A DNA stretch of 64,000 nucleotides from Candidatus Poribacteria bacterium. GTDB lineage: Bacteria; Poribacteria; WGA-4E; WGA-3G. A program made the translations under genes and the position numbers. Positions 51,820 through 60,957 of the stretch are shown in pieces. The notes beneath the pieces were generated by a model. The model saw only the letters and a list, made by a program, of their open reading frames with translations, ran no database searches and had not been told where the DNA came from. The stretch spans positions 512,001 through 576,000 of the forward strand of contig OZ251518.1 in the NCBI GenBank assembly GCA_965242965.1, written 5' to 3'. Within the stretch, counting starts at the first letter, position 1; the number at the start of each line of letters is the position of its first letter.

Positions 51820-52347
51820 GCGGTGAAAAATGGGGACTTGCCGGGTATGAGAGACCTCCCCGGTCTCGATTCCTTCTAGGTAGGAGAGACCTCGGGCACC
51901 GGTGCGACATGGCACGAAGGCTGGCCCGAGTCTCGATGCCTTCTAGGTAGGAGAGACCTCCCGGTCTCGATGCAATAGGGCGGCGCGCCTACCGGGGCTG
52001 CTGCGGCAGAAGGCCCCCTTCATCGTATGGCATCCGAGAAGGCCCGCGCTACGATAAAAAAACGGTTCTTAGGTCCGTAGGACCTTAATGTCTATAGCAC
52101 TCGGCGATGCGAAGAGTTCTAAGGTCCTTTAGGTCCTTAATGTGTTTTGCCATGCGGTGCGTTTTGTTATTAAGGACCTAAAGGACCTTGACAACAGGAC
52201 GACACGTGTATCTATAGACATGTAGGTCCTAAAGGACCTAAAACGCATCGTGACGATGGACAACGCGGGGGCCTGTCCCCCGCGCTACGGGAACATCGAG
52301 ACCCGGAGGTCTCTCCTACCGAACACATCGAAATATGAAACACCCTC
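51820..52347. repeat. REP mosaic ending in a right-hand TIR
   Basis: GTAGGAGAGACCTCC modules, a reversed GGTCC module, ATATGAAACACCCTC at 52333-52347. Confidence 0.8.
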
Positions 52348-52359
52348 AGGTAAACAATC

Positions 52360-53205
52360 ATGGACACAACTTGGCTTGAATACTGCGCCACAGACGAACA
52401 ACTTAAAGCGTTCAACGACGAAGGCTATCTCATCGTGGAGGATGCCTTGGCACCGGAAATGGTGGACGCGCTGGAGAAAGTCGCGGATCGGATTGATGCC
52501 GAAGAGCGTGCGGCGCAAGCCCTCGCACCGCACGCATTGTTGTCCAAGTTCCGCACCGTCATTGAAGACGACATCTTCCTTGAACTGCTAGATAACAAGA
52601 AGGTGTTCCCGCTGTTGTGGGACATCTTGGGATGGAACATCCAGCTCTACATTTCGCATCTCATCATGTATCCGCCGGAGCCTGCCGATACACCGCGCAT
52701 CTGCAAAGCCGCACACTGGCATCAGGATGGCGGCAGACCGGTTCCAGAGATGGAGCGTCCCCACCCGCGCCTCTCGCTGAAGGTGAGTTATTGGCTGAGC
52801 GATGTCACGCATCGTGACAACGGTGCGATGCGCCTCATTCCGGGAAGCCATAAACTTGACAAGCTGCCGCCGCAAAGCGATGCAGAGGGAGACCCGGGAG
52901 GTGCCATGGATTTGCTAGTAAAACGCGGCACGGCGGTGCTGTTTGACCGGCGGATGTGGCACTCGCGCGGCAGGAATTACTCCGGTGCCACTCGGAAAGT
53001 CTTGTTCATGGGCTATAGTTATCGGTGGCTGCGCGGCTTGGATTACAACCTCATGCCGCCCGATGTCCTCGCCAAGTGCGATGCGATTCGGCGGCAGTTG
53101 CTCGGCGATGGCGTGGATATTAAAGGTTGGTGGCAACCGACGGATGCAGACGTGCCGCTGAAGACCTGGATTGCGGAGCACCGCGGCGCAGAATATGTGC
53201 GGTAG
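52360..53205 (+). CDS. PhyH family dioxygenase
   Basis: FNDEGYL, WHQD, LIPGSH, LFDRRMWH, RK. Confidence 0.9.
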   Translation: MDTTWLEYCATDEQLKAFNDEGYLIVEDALAPEMVDALEKVADRIDAEERAAQALAPHALLSKFRTVIEDDIFLELLDNKKVFPLLWDILGWNIQLYISHLIMYPPEPADTPRICKAAHWHQDGGRPVPEMERPHPRLSLKVSYWLSDVTHRDNGAMRLIPGSHKLDKLPPQSDAEGDPGGAMDLLVKRGTAVLFDRRMWHSRGRNYSGATRKVLFMGYSYRWLRGLDYNLMPPDVLAKCDAIRRQLLGDGVDIKGWWQPTDADVPLKTWIAEHRGAEYVR

Positions 53206-53329
53206 ACGTAGCGAAATTGTAAGGGCGGATGTCTCTATCCGCCCATTCTTTTTCAATGCGGCTCGCGCGCATTTAGGGCTAACGGTAATTTGTCGGGCGG
53301 AAACCATAGGAAGCCGCCGTTGCAAATAA

Positions 53330-55348
53330 TTACCGATCTGTTCTCACTATCTTCTCCCAATTCCATAGGAGAATCGTGCCATCCCCGCCGCCACTCGCCA
53401 GCGTGTGCCCATCCGGCGAAAATTCCAAATTTTTCACCCCATAGCAATGCGCTTTAATGGTAGACTGAACGGTTCGAGTGCCGCTATCTATTATAGACAA
53501 GATGCCAATGCCATCACCGCTGACGAGGACTGTATTGTCGGGCGAGAACGCCATGGCTTCAATGCTGTAGTCTGGAAGGCCCGATACGTGCCCGACTAGG
53601 TTATGTGTCTGCACATCCCAGAGATAAACCCGTCCCTCCTCATCTCCACTAGCGAGCAGTTTGCTATTCGGGGAAAACGCGAGGGCAATCTTTTTATTCC
53701 AATGTTCCCTACGCGTCTCACCGTGGTCCGCGAAAGTGGCGAGTTTGTCCCGTTTGTGGATATCCCACAAATGGAGAGTCTCGTCCCTGTCCGCACTAGC
53801 GAGCAACTTCCCATCGGGTGAGAGCACCAATGCGCTGATAGTTTTGTCATGTCCTTTGAGCACGCCCAACTGGCTGCCGGTGTCCGCGTCCCACAGCCGA
53901 ATCGTCAGGTCTGCGCTGCCAGTTGCCAGTACTGTGCTATCGGCGGAGAAGGCGAGAGCGGTAACCTCCTGCGTATGGCGTTTGAGCACGATGCGCTCGG
54001 TTCCCGTTCGCAGATTCCAGAGCCAGACGATATGCTCGTTTCCTGACATACCGTTCCCAGCACTCGCCAGGGTCTTGCCATCGGGTGAAAAGGCATAGAC
54101 GTTTGCAATACCTGTCTGAAGAGTGAAGTTGGTAAGCGGAGAGGCTGTGTCGGCATCCCATATCTGCACAGTGTTTCCGCGGTATCCCCATCCGCTAGCA
54201 GCCACGGTTGTGCTATCGGCGGAGAAGTCAAACTCAAGTCCCCACGGTTCGTGCCCACGGAGGGAGAGCATGGAGAGTTCGTGATTTCCTCGGGTCGGAT
54301 CCCACGTGCACACTATACCATTTCCATCTCCGCTTGCTAACAGGGCACCGTCTGGTGAAAATGCCAACGTGAGTATGGACACGGGATTTTCCGAAGGGGT
54401 TATGAATTTGGAGAGAAACCGCCCATCTTCAACATTCCACAACCGAATGATACCGCCCTGGTCGCCGATGGCCACGGTGGACCCGTCCGGTGAGAACACA
54501 AGTGCTTCAATCCAAGCTGCCTCGCGTTTAACCGTCGGAAGTTGCCCGCGCGTGCGCGGCTCGGCAAGTTCAAGTTGGACGAGCGTCGCGTGGCGTTCGC
54601 CTGTTTCAGCGTTCCACAAACGCGCAACGCCTTCCCTATCCGCACTCGCTAGTTGAGTCCCATCCGGTGAGAAAGCCAACGTTTCGACGGGATCCTGATG
54701 TCCATCAAGCACCAACAGTTGTTCCCCACTGGCGACATCCCACAATCGGATGGCGGTATCTTGCCCGCCACTAGCAATGCGGCGGCTGTCAGGTGAAAAA
54801 ATAACCGCTTCGACCGGGGCTGTTTCGTGTCCGTAAAGCGTCTTAATCGGTGTGGCATGCACCATGCTCGGCGATTGGTGTTCCGCAATTTCCCACAAAT
54901 GAATCATGCCGTAGTAATCTCCTGCCGCGAGTTTCGTCCTGTCTGGCGAAAATGCAAGCGACCAGGGATGCCCGTGAATGTCTTCTATTGGGATGAGCGC
55001 GAGTTGTTGGCCTGTCTCGGTATCCCATATTCGGATTGTTCTGTCGTTTCCCGTGCTAGCGAGCATCCGGCCGTCTTGCGAGAACGCTAAGTGGCGAGAT
55101 TCTTCGGTATGGCCGGTGAACAACCTGATTTCGTCGCCGGTGCGCGCGTCGTAAAGCCAAACGCCTATCGTGGTTGACGCGGCGAGGCGGTTTCCGTCCG
55201 GCGAAAACTGTAGCCGGTTGATATCTCCCTTTCCGATGCGGTGTTTCGCGCCTTCGGGCAATCCCCAAGTGGTATAATCTTCTTGGGCGAACGCGTTGGG
55301 CAATAGCCACAGCGCGATGAGTATGAGCGTGCAGTTGAGGTATTTCAT
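53330..55348 (-). CDS. Secreted WD40-repeat protein
   Basis: Signal peptide ending AFA; many GH...V..LAFSPDG..LASG..D.TIRLWD repeats. Confidence 0.93.
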   Translation of the reverse strand: MKYLNCTLILIALWLLPNAFAQEDYTTWGLPEGAKHRIGKGDINRLQFSPDGNRLAASTTIGVWLYDARTGDEIRLFTGHTEESRHLAFSQDGRMLASTGNDRTIRIWDTETGQQLALIPIEDIHGHPWSLAFSPDRTKLAAGDYYGMIHLWEIAEHQSPSMVHATPIKTLYGHETAPVEAVIFSPDSRRIASGGQDTAIRLWDVASGEQLLVLDGHQDPVETLAFSPDGTQLASADREGVARLWNAETGERHATLVQLELAEPRTRGQLPTVKREAAWIEALVFSPDGSTVAIGDQGGIIRLWNVEDGRFLSKFITPSENPVSILTLAFSPDGALLASGDGNGIVCTWDPTRGNHELSMLSLRGHEPWGLEFDFSADSTTVAASGWGYRGNTVQIWDADTASPLTNFTLQTGIANVYAFSPDGKTLASAGNGMSGNEHIVWLWNLRTGTERIVLKRHTQEVTALAFSADSTVLATGSADLTIRLWDADTGSQLGVLKGHDKTISALVLSPDGKLLASADRDETLHLWDIHKRDKLATFADHGETRREHWNKKIALAFSPNSKLLASGDEEGRVYLWDVQTHNLVGHVSGLPDYSIEAMAFSPDNTVLVSGDGIGILSIIDSGTRTVQSTIKAHCYGVKNLEFSPDGHTLASGGGDGTILLWNWEKIVRTDR

Positions 55349-55962
55349 CGTTTTGTCTCCTTCACGGCTTCCGTTGCAGCTTTAAACACCGCATCAATCG
55401 CGCCGAAAAGTGCCGGCAGATCCTGCAACAGGAAGGACATTGTGGATTCAGTAAATGTATCGCCGATAAGTCGCCCAAATTGCCACCGCTCGCCATCGGT
55501 GACGATGCCGTAAACCGGGAAACCTGCATCAGCATTGATTTTTTGTGCGGCTACCAATTCAGCGAGGCATTGTCCCCAGCCCATCTCAAAATCGTTCTTT
55601 TTCGCCTCAACCATCATGATTAGCGGACTTCCGACAACGCGAGGCCCCAATTCCGATCTCGTTGAGACGAAGTAATCAGGCTTGACGCTCAAAGTGTCAT
55701 TGTAAGCGATGGATTTTTCCATCCAAAGCACGTAGTTTTCGGCGTATGCCTTGTAGACTTCCCGTAAAATCGGGTAAATCAGTGCCTGACACTTTGCTGC
55801 CTCGGAGGCAAGAAAATCAATGTACTGCCGTGTAAATGCGAGTTCTTGCAGGAACTGCTCCGATGGGATTAAGGGTTCACCGCCGACGAAGTCTTGTCGC
55901 CTGTGTTTAATCCCGAATTCTGCTTGGACTTCCGGAATCTCCTTGAAATCGCTGAATGCCAT
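55345..55962 (-). CDS. Hypothetical PD-(D/E)xK-like protein, distant paralog of the 29452-31388 trio
   Basis: PDY..VEAKK, GWGQCLAELVAAQKIN, VYGIVTDGERWQF. Confidence 0.78.
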   Translation of the reverse strand: MAFSDFKEIPEVQAEFGIKHRRQDFVGGEPLIPSEQFLQELAFTRQYIDFLASEAAKCQALIYPILREVYKAYAENYVLWMEKSIAYNDTLSVKPDYFVSTRSELGPRVVGSPLIMMVEAKKNDFEMGWGQCLAELVAAQKINADAGFPVYGIVTDGERWQFGRLIGDTFTESTMSFLLQDLPALFGAIDAVFKAATEAVKETKR

Positions 55963-55996
55963 GGGTTTATCCCTGAGTCTATTGACTCAGTTAATC

Positions 55997-56372
55997 GAGG
56001 GGGGTTTCATATCTCGCTCAACGTAGCGGTGACAGGCCCCCGCTACGATGAAAAAACGCCGCCTCTTTACGTAGGGCGAGGGCCCTCGCATGCGCGTATG
56101 GAAACCTCCGAGGGCCCCCGCGCTACGGTAAAAAAAACAGTCCGCTTCACCGTAGGGCGAGGGCCTGTCCCTCGCCATGCATTTGGCTGACAGACTTCCT
56201 CACCCCTGTAGGTCAGGATCGCCTGATCCTGACCTGTTCGGGATCAGGCGATCCCGAACTACAGAGGTGGGCCCGATGCCTTACGGTAGGAGGGACATCC
56301 TTGTCCCGATACGGTGTGCATCGAGACCAGGAGGTCTCGCCTACCGAACGCATCGAAATATGAAATACCCTC
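55997..56372. mobile_element. MITE-like element with TIRs and a perfect 8-bp TSD
   Basis: GAGGGGGGTTTCATAT ... ATATGAAATACCCTC flanked by AGTTAATC (55989-55996 and 56373-56380). Confidence 0.88.
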
Positions 56373-56383
56373 AGTTAATCTCC

Positions 56384-57451
56384 TCACTCCGACGCGTCCT
56401 CTCCATTTGTCACCCACGCCAGATCGAACTTAGCGAATGACAATGTCTCGTAGGGCCGCACCTCGCCGCGTTCGTAAAGACAACAGATTTGCATATCGGA
56501 TGTAATACAGAGGTCTGAGTAAGCAGCGGGCCCCGCGTGCAAGACTTTCCCTTCACTCCAACTCCGACACTCATCGTAACTGATACGAATCGTCATCCGT
56601 TCGCGAGTCTCACTCGCCGGGTTTGAGAAGATGACGCGGTTCTTGCCATGCGTTTGAGCATTTGTATAGCGAATCATGCTGGCTTGACAGATAGGTTCAA
56701 CGAGGTTTTCGGCATACCCGAATTCCGTGAACGTATCGCCGTTGTCAGTGCTCCAAGCGTAGGCGCGCCGCTTCGGCGGAACGTAATTGCGGCAGTTGAA
56801 ATAGAGGTGCCCTTCCACCGTCTCAACGATAACTGATTCGTTCGTGCCAGGTTGCGCGATACCGCCGATGCGCCACGTCTCACCACCGTCATCGCTGACG
56901 ATGAGATGTGAAAAGCCAGATTCAGCGTAGTTCCGTGAATTTCCGACAACGTGATCGCACGGAATGACTAATCTGCCGTTTGTCAACTGAATGCCGTGAC
57001 ATGGTCCCGTCGCATACCATGTCCATCCATCTGCTTTGGTTGCGTCCGTGATTTCCTTCGGTTCTGTCCACGTTTCACCATCGTCCGTGCTAGAGGTTAC
57101 CCAGACGGTGCGCGGTGCATCGCCAGCAATAATCTTCCCTTCTGCGCCATCTGCCAGATTTTTGCAGAAGAGCAACCGGATGATGCCGGTGTCTCTATCC
57201 ACGACAGGTGCCGGGTTTCCGTCGGTATCGCCTCCCGTTGAGACAGCGACTTGCATGGGTTGCCAAGTTTCGCCGTTATCAAAACTGCGTTTCAGCACAA
57301 TATCAATGTCGCCAGAATCGCCGCCGCCCGTGCGTCGCCCTTCGCAGAACGCGAGCAGCGTCCCTTGATTAGAGACAGCAAGTGCGGGTATGCGGAAGGT
57401 GTGATACCCTTCTGTCCCCGCTGTGAAGAGGGGGCTCTCTTGTTTGAACAT
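56384..57451 (-). CDS. Sialidase (GH33-like)
   Basis: FRIP motif; Asp-boxes SFDNGETW, STDDGETW, SDDGGETW, STDNGDTF; AYS, LYE. Confidence 0.93.
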   Translation of the reverse strand: MFKQESPLFTAGTEGYHTFRIPALAVSNQGTLLAFCEGRRTGGGDSGDIDIVLKRSFDNGETWQPMQVAVSTGGDTDGNPAPVVDRDTGIIRLLFCKNLADGAEGKIIAGDAPRTVWVTSSTDDGETWTEPKEITDATKADGWTWYATGPCHGIQLTNGRLVIPCDHVVGNSRNYAESGFSHLIVSDDGGETWRIGGIAQPGTNESVIVETVEGHLYFNCRNYVPPKRRAYAWSTDNGDTFTEFGYAENLVEPICQASMIRYTNAQTHGKNRVIFSNPASETRERMTIRISYDECRSWSEGKVLHAGPAAYSDLCITSDMQICCLYERGEVRPYETLSFAKFDLAWVTNGEDASE

Positions 57452-57482
57452 TGTTTTTCCTTAGATTAAAACCGCCTGAGTC

Positions 57483-57620
57483 CGTAGCGCGAGGGCCTGT
57501 CCCTCGCGATCTCTCGATCTCCGTAACGTTTTCCCGATTCCCGTAGCGCGAGGGCCTGTCCCTCGCGAATTTTCCGCGCGTCCCGGGCACGGCGGGGGAC
57601 AGGCCCCCGCCCTACGATGT
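57483..57620. repeat. REP-like palindrome cluster
   Basis: Two copies of GTAGCGCGAGGGCCTGTCCCTCGCG plus an inverted copy ending CCCTAC. Confidence 0.8.
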
Positions 57621-57630
57621 AGAAGGCTGT

Positions 57631-58350
57631 TCATTTTTCCGACTTGATTCGCGCCCAAACCGCCGCTAATTTTCCGAGAGGCTGGACGGGAGCCGGATCA
57701 TCCATGATAAACTCATCGACTTCCTTCTGATGGTCTGACAGCCGAAGCCCATCAACGACGCAGTTGGTTGGGAACTTGGGATCGGGCGGCGAAGCGTTGT
57801 TGATCTCGAAAGTTTCCGCGAATACCGCCGGTCCTTTTTTGAAATCGTGCTCTCCCTCTAACTTGCCATCTAGGTAGAGTTTCAGTCCTGCCGGTCCCCA
57901 CGTGCCCGCCACGTGGTGATGCTCCCCTTTTTTCCAATTGAGGGGCGAACTGTCGGCGTTGAACCACGAGCCGGCACTTTTGATGCGCATGCGCGCAATC
58001 CCGCCGTTGTCAAATTGCACGAAGACGGCATCGGTGCCGCGTTTGTAAGTCATAAACAGGAAGAGTTCACCGGTGATCTCCTTGACATCCAACCCCATCG
58101 TCACCCAGAGTTCGACGGTGCCTTCATCGAGGTTAACGAACCGGTCTTCCACCGGAAAGTGGATGACATCGCCTACCTCTTCGCTGACAAATCCGTTGCC
58201 GAATTTACCGGGGGCGAAGCTGCCGCCATCGACGGTGCCGCCCTCTTTTTCCACTTCTGCTTTGCTCTCTAGGGCAGAAAAGAAGGTCTCCTCTGCAGCG
58301 GCGATTGAGACACAAAGCAGCGCAATTGCTAAGATACATAACGTTTTCAC
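57631..58350 (-). CDS. Secreted LamG/concanavalin-A-like domain protein
   Basis: Signal peptide; GTVELWV, HHVAGTW...LYLDG, D.LRLS; tail VQPLGKLAAVWARIK. Confidence 0.85.
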   Translation of the reverse strand: MKTLCILAIALLCVSIAAAEETFFSALESKAEVEKEGGTVDGGSFAPGKFGNGFVSEEVGDVIHFPVEDRFVNLDEGTVELWVTMGLDVKEITGELFLFMTYKRGTDAVFVQFDNGGIARMRIKSAGSWFNADSSPLNWKKGEHHHVAGTWGPAGLKLYLDGKLEGEHDFKKGPAVFAETFEINNASPPDPKFPTNCVVDGLRLSDHQKEVDEFIMDDPAPVQPLGKLAAVWARIKSEK

Positions 58351-58424
58351 GAGTTACCTCCAATTTTTGGTCGAGGGACAAATCCCTCAAAATATCTATA
58401 ATCTTGCCAGTCTTGTCAGTCTTG

Positions 58425-59285
58425 CTAGTCTTGTCTATCCTGATTTAGACAAATTGCGTAAACATACGGCGAAGTCAACTGCTGATTCGGAATACGCATC
58501 CCCACCAGCAGATTTCCGATGACAATGTCCGTAAGATTGACGCACTTACAAAGGACTTCATGTCCCCACTTGCCGATGACAGCGCGCCACGGTGAATAAT
58601 CGACAACGCTCAACTTAAGCGGTCCGCCGGTGTAGCCAAATTCTGTGACGTAAAACCCAGCGTCTCGTAACGCCGCGGCGAGTTCAGGTGGCGTAATCAC
58701 CTGATGCGTCGCGAGGAGTTTCGGGCTTGCGACGCGCGCGATAGGCGTATACATCCCTCGCAAATTCGGCGTGACGGTGAGCATTGTTCCCATCGGTTTC
58801 AGAAGCGTGCGCATCTCCGCTAAAATCGCTTGCGGTTCGGTGAAATGTTCGATCAGGCCCATAGAATAGACGAAGTCAAATTCCTCTCTGTGCGTTTTGA
58901 TAAAGGCGAACATATCTTCGCAGACGATTGTGCCTTCCGCACCGGCGAGTGCCAGGTTGCGTTGCGCGAGTTGACATCCTAATTCAGAGAAATCGACACC
59001 GTAGCAGTCACCTCCGTAGTTCTGCGCGAGGTAGGGGAGCCATAACGAGTCGGCGCAGCCGAGTTCAACGAGTTTCGGTTGCGCAAAAGTTGCGGCGTTA
59101 CAAACCCCATCTACGGTATTAACGGATGCCAGTTTTCTGAAATCCATCAATGCGCGCTGAAAAAGTTTAGCGAGTTGCCGGTTTGCCACATAAGCCCACC
59201 GCAAATGCCGCACCTTATGCTGCTGTCCATCCCAGAGGGTTGTCCAATAGGATTCGTCTGTTAACGAGTTTTCTTGCATGTCCAT
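58425..59285 (-). CDS. Class I SAM-dependent methyltransferase
   Basis: LVELGCA, GVDFS, FDFVYSMGLIEH, LLKP.G...TPN. Confidence 0.88.
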   Translation of the reverse strand: MDMQENSLTDESYWTTLWDGQQHKVRHLRWAYVANRQLAKLFQRALMDFRKLASVNTVDGVCNAATFAQPKLVELGCADSLWLPYLAQNYGGDCYGVDFSELGCQLAQRNLALAGAEGTIVCEDMFAFIKTHREEFDFVYSMGLIEHFTEPQAILAEMRTLLKPMGTMLTVTPNLRGMYTPIARVASPKLLATHQVITPPELAAALRDAGFYVTEFGYTGGPLKLSVVDYSPWRAVIGKWGHEVLCKCVNLTDIVIGNLLVGMRIPNQQLTSPYVYAICLNQDRQD

Positions 59286-59310
59286 TCGGATGCCCTCATT
59301 CACGTTATTG

Positions 59311-59490
59311 CAGTAGGCGAGTCCTCCCGGTCTCGATTTCTTCGGATTCGTGACAAGGATGTCCCTCCTACCGGCATTTGGTATCGGGACAGGAATGTCC
59401 CGCCTACCGGCTCGTTTACGTTGTTGCAGTAGGCGAGACCTCCCGGTCTTGATGTGTTTCGTATCGGGACTAAGGATGTCCCTCCTACTC
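59311..59490. repeat. REP-like palindrome cluster
   Basis: GTAGGCGAG.CCTCCCGGTCT and GACA.GGA.TGTCCC.CCTAC units. Confidence 0.75.
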
Positions 59491-60957
59491 AGACACTCCT
59501 TCCTCGGCGAGTATTGCGTCGTGTTCGATGATAGGACACAAATCGCAGAGCTGATCGGCGCAGTAATTTTTATAGAGTCGGATTGCGCCTTGCTGCGTTT
59601 TAGCGGTTTTAATTGCATCCTTCATCGGCTGTGCTTCGGTGAAGATTTGCGTCTCAATTTTACGAAGAATCGTGTTTTCTTGCAACTTCGCGTAACTGCC
59701 GTAAAGGTGCAAGATCGCCTCTTGCAGTCCCTGGCTCCCGGCTTCAACCGCCCAAACATACGCGACCGGCAGGATTTTGTTGATGATAATGTCCAGCGCG
59801 CGGCTTTTCCCGATGAGTGCCGCTTTACGGACAGCGCGCCCGAAGTTGGAGTGGGTTTCCCAGTATCCATCGGGTTCAAGTGTGAGGAGTGCCAACAGTT
59901 CTCGCTGGATATTGCGTAGCAGCCGGGGCGTATCTGCGGTGACAGAACGTTCGCAGGTAGGTAGAAAGTGCATCATCAAACTACCTTGGCAGTGATGGAT
60001 GAGTCTGCTGATTGCGGCGATACGCCGGGTGGGATAGTTAAACGGACGAATTTTGCCGAATCGCCATTGGGCTGCAGACATCTGTTCGCTGCGAGGGTTA
60101 TAGTCCGAAGCACTCCAGAGTGCCTCTAACGCCGCGATAAACGGATGTTCCACCGTCTGTGCCGGCATCGGTTGCTCAAGTTGTGAAGGGAGTAATCCTG
60201 CGACACCGAATAAAATGGCTTGGATCTCCCATTCGGATTTGGTGTCAAAATCGGCGAAAGGCACGCGCTGTGCTAACTCGCGCAACGGCGTGCTGTTTTC
60301 GCGGTAACCCAACGCCTCCATTATTCCTTCGTAGAGGAGCTGCTCGAAATCGAGGCGCGTTCGCAACAGGCGCATTGCCTCTGCTTTCTCCAAAAAACGT
60401 TCCCTGCCTAGCGAATCAAAAACGCCGCGGATTCCCTCAACGTTGAGTTCATGTCCTGTGATTCGGCAGTAATCGGCGGCATCCGCCTCCGTTTTCTGCG
60501 CCTGATCGAACAGATCTCCGGTAGGCGCATCAATGAACTTAAGGAGCTCCAGTGTAGGCACCCGTTTCCCATTCTGGAGCCGTGTCCGCAAATTGAAATC
60601 GTCGTTGAAGAAGACAGCGTGGAGGACAACGCGGTTATATCTGGGGTTGAGATGGTGTTTATGCGCATACCACTCCGAAGAGCTGACGTGAATCTCCACA
60701 TCACCGACATGCAGTTTTCCGGCAATCTCCACTTCGGCGTGCAGAAAATCCGGTCCTTCGCCGTGATTCCACGTTCCGGGTTTCAGCACCCGAATGGCGC
60801 GTCTGTCAATCGCCTCAAGGTTGGCATTGAAGAAGCGTTGCGTATGCCATAATTTCTGGACGAACGCCTCTTCGATTTTGCTCAGATCGGGTTCGTAAAC
60901 CTGGTCTGGTTCTCTGAACTGCGCTGTGAGATGTCCAATGTTATTGAGATGATTCAT
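59485..60957 (-). CDS. DUF2851 family protein
   Basis: PGTWN..GPDF, GDVEIH...W..H.H..N..Y..V.LH, LGY..N, RPFNYP.RR. Confidence 0.88.
   Translation of the reverse strand: MNHLNNIGHLTAQFREPDQVYEPDLSKIEEAFVQKLWHTQRFFNANLEAIDRRAIRVLKPGTWNHGEGPDFLHAEVEIAGKLHVGDVEIHVSSSEWYAHKHHLNPRYNRVVLHAVFFNDDFNLRTRLQNGKRVPTLELLKFIDAPTGDLFDQAQKTEADAADYCRITGHELNVEGIRGVFDSLGRERFLEKAEAMRLLRTRLDFEQLLYEGIMEALGYRENSTPLRELAQRVPFADFDTKSEWEIQAILFGVAGLLPSQLEQPMPAQTVEHPFIAALEALWSASDYNPRSEQMSAAQWRFGKIRPFNYPTRRIAAISRLIHHCQGSLMMHFLPTCERSVTADTPRLLRNIQRELLALLTLEPDGYWETHSNFGRAVRKAALIGKSRALDIIINKILPVAYVWAVEAGSQGLQEAILHLYGSYAKLQENTILRKIETQIFTEAQPMKDAIKTAKTQQGAIRLYKNYCADQLCDLCPIIEHDAILAEEGVSE

Noticed and set aside
58425-59618. 397-aa version of the methyltransferase
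   Set aside because: The extension runs through REP repeats and the DUF2851 gene; start placed at 59285.
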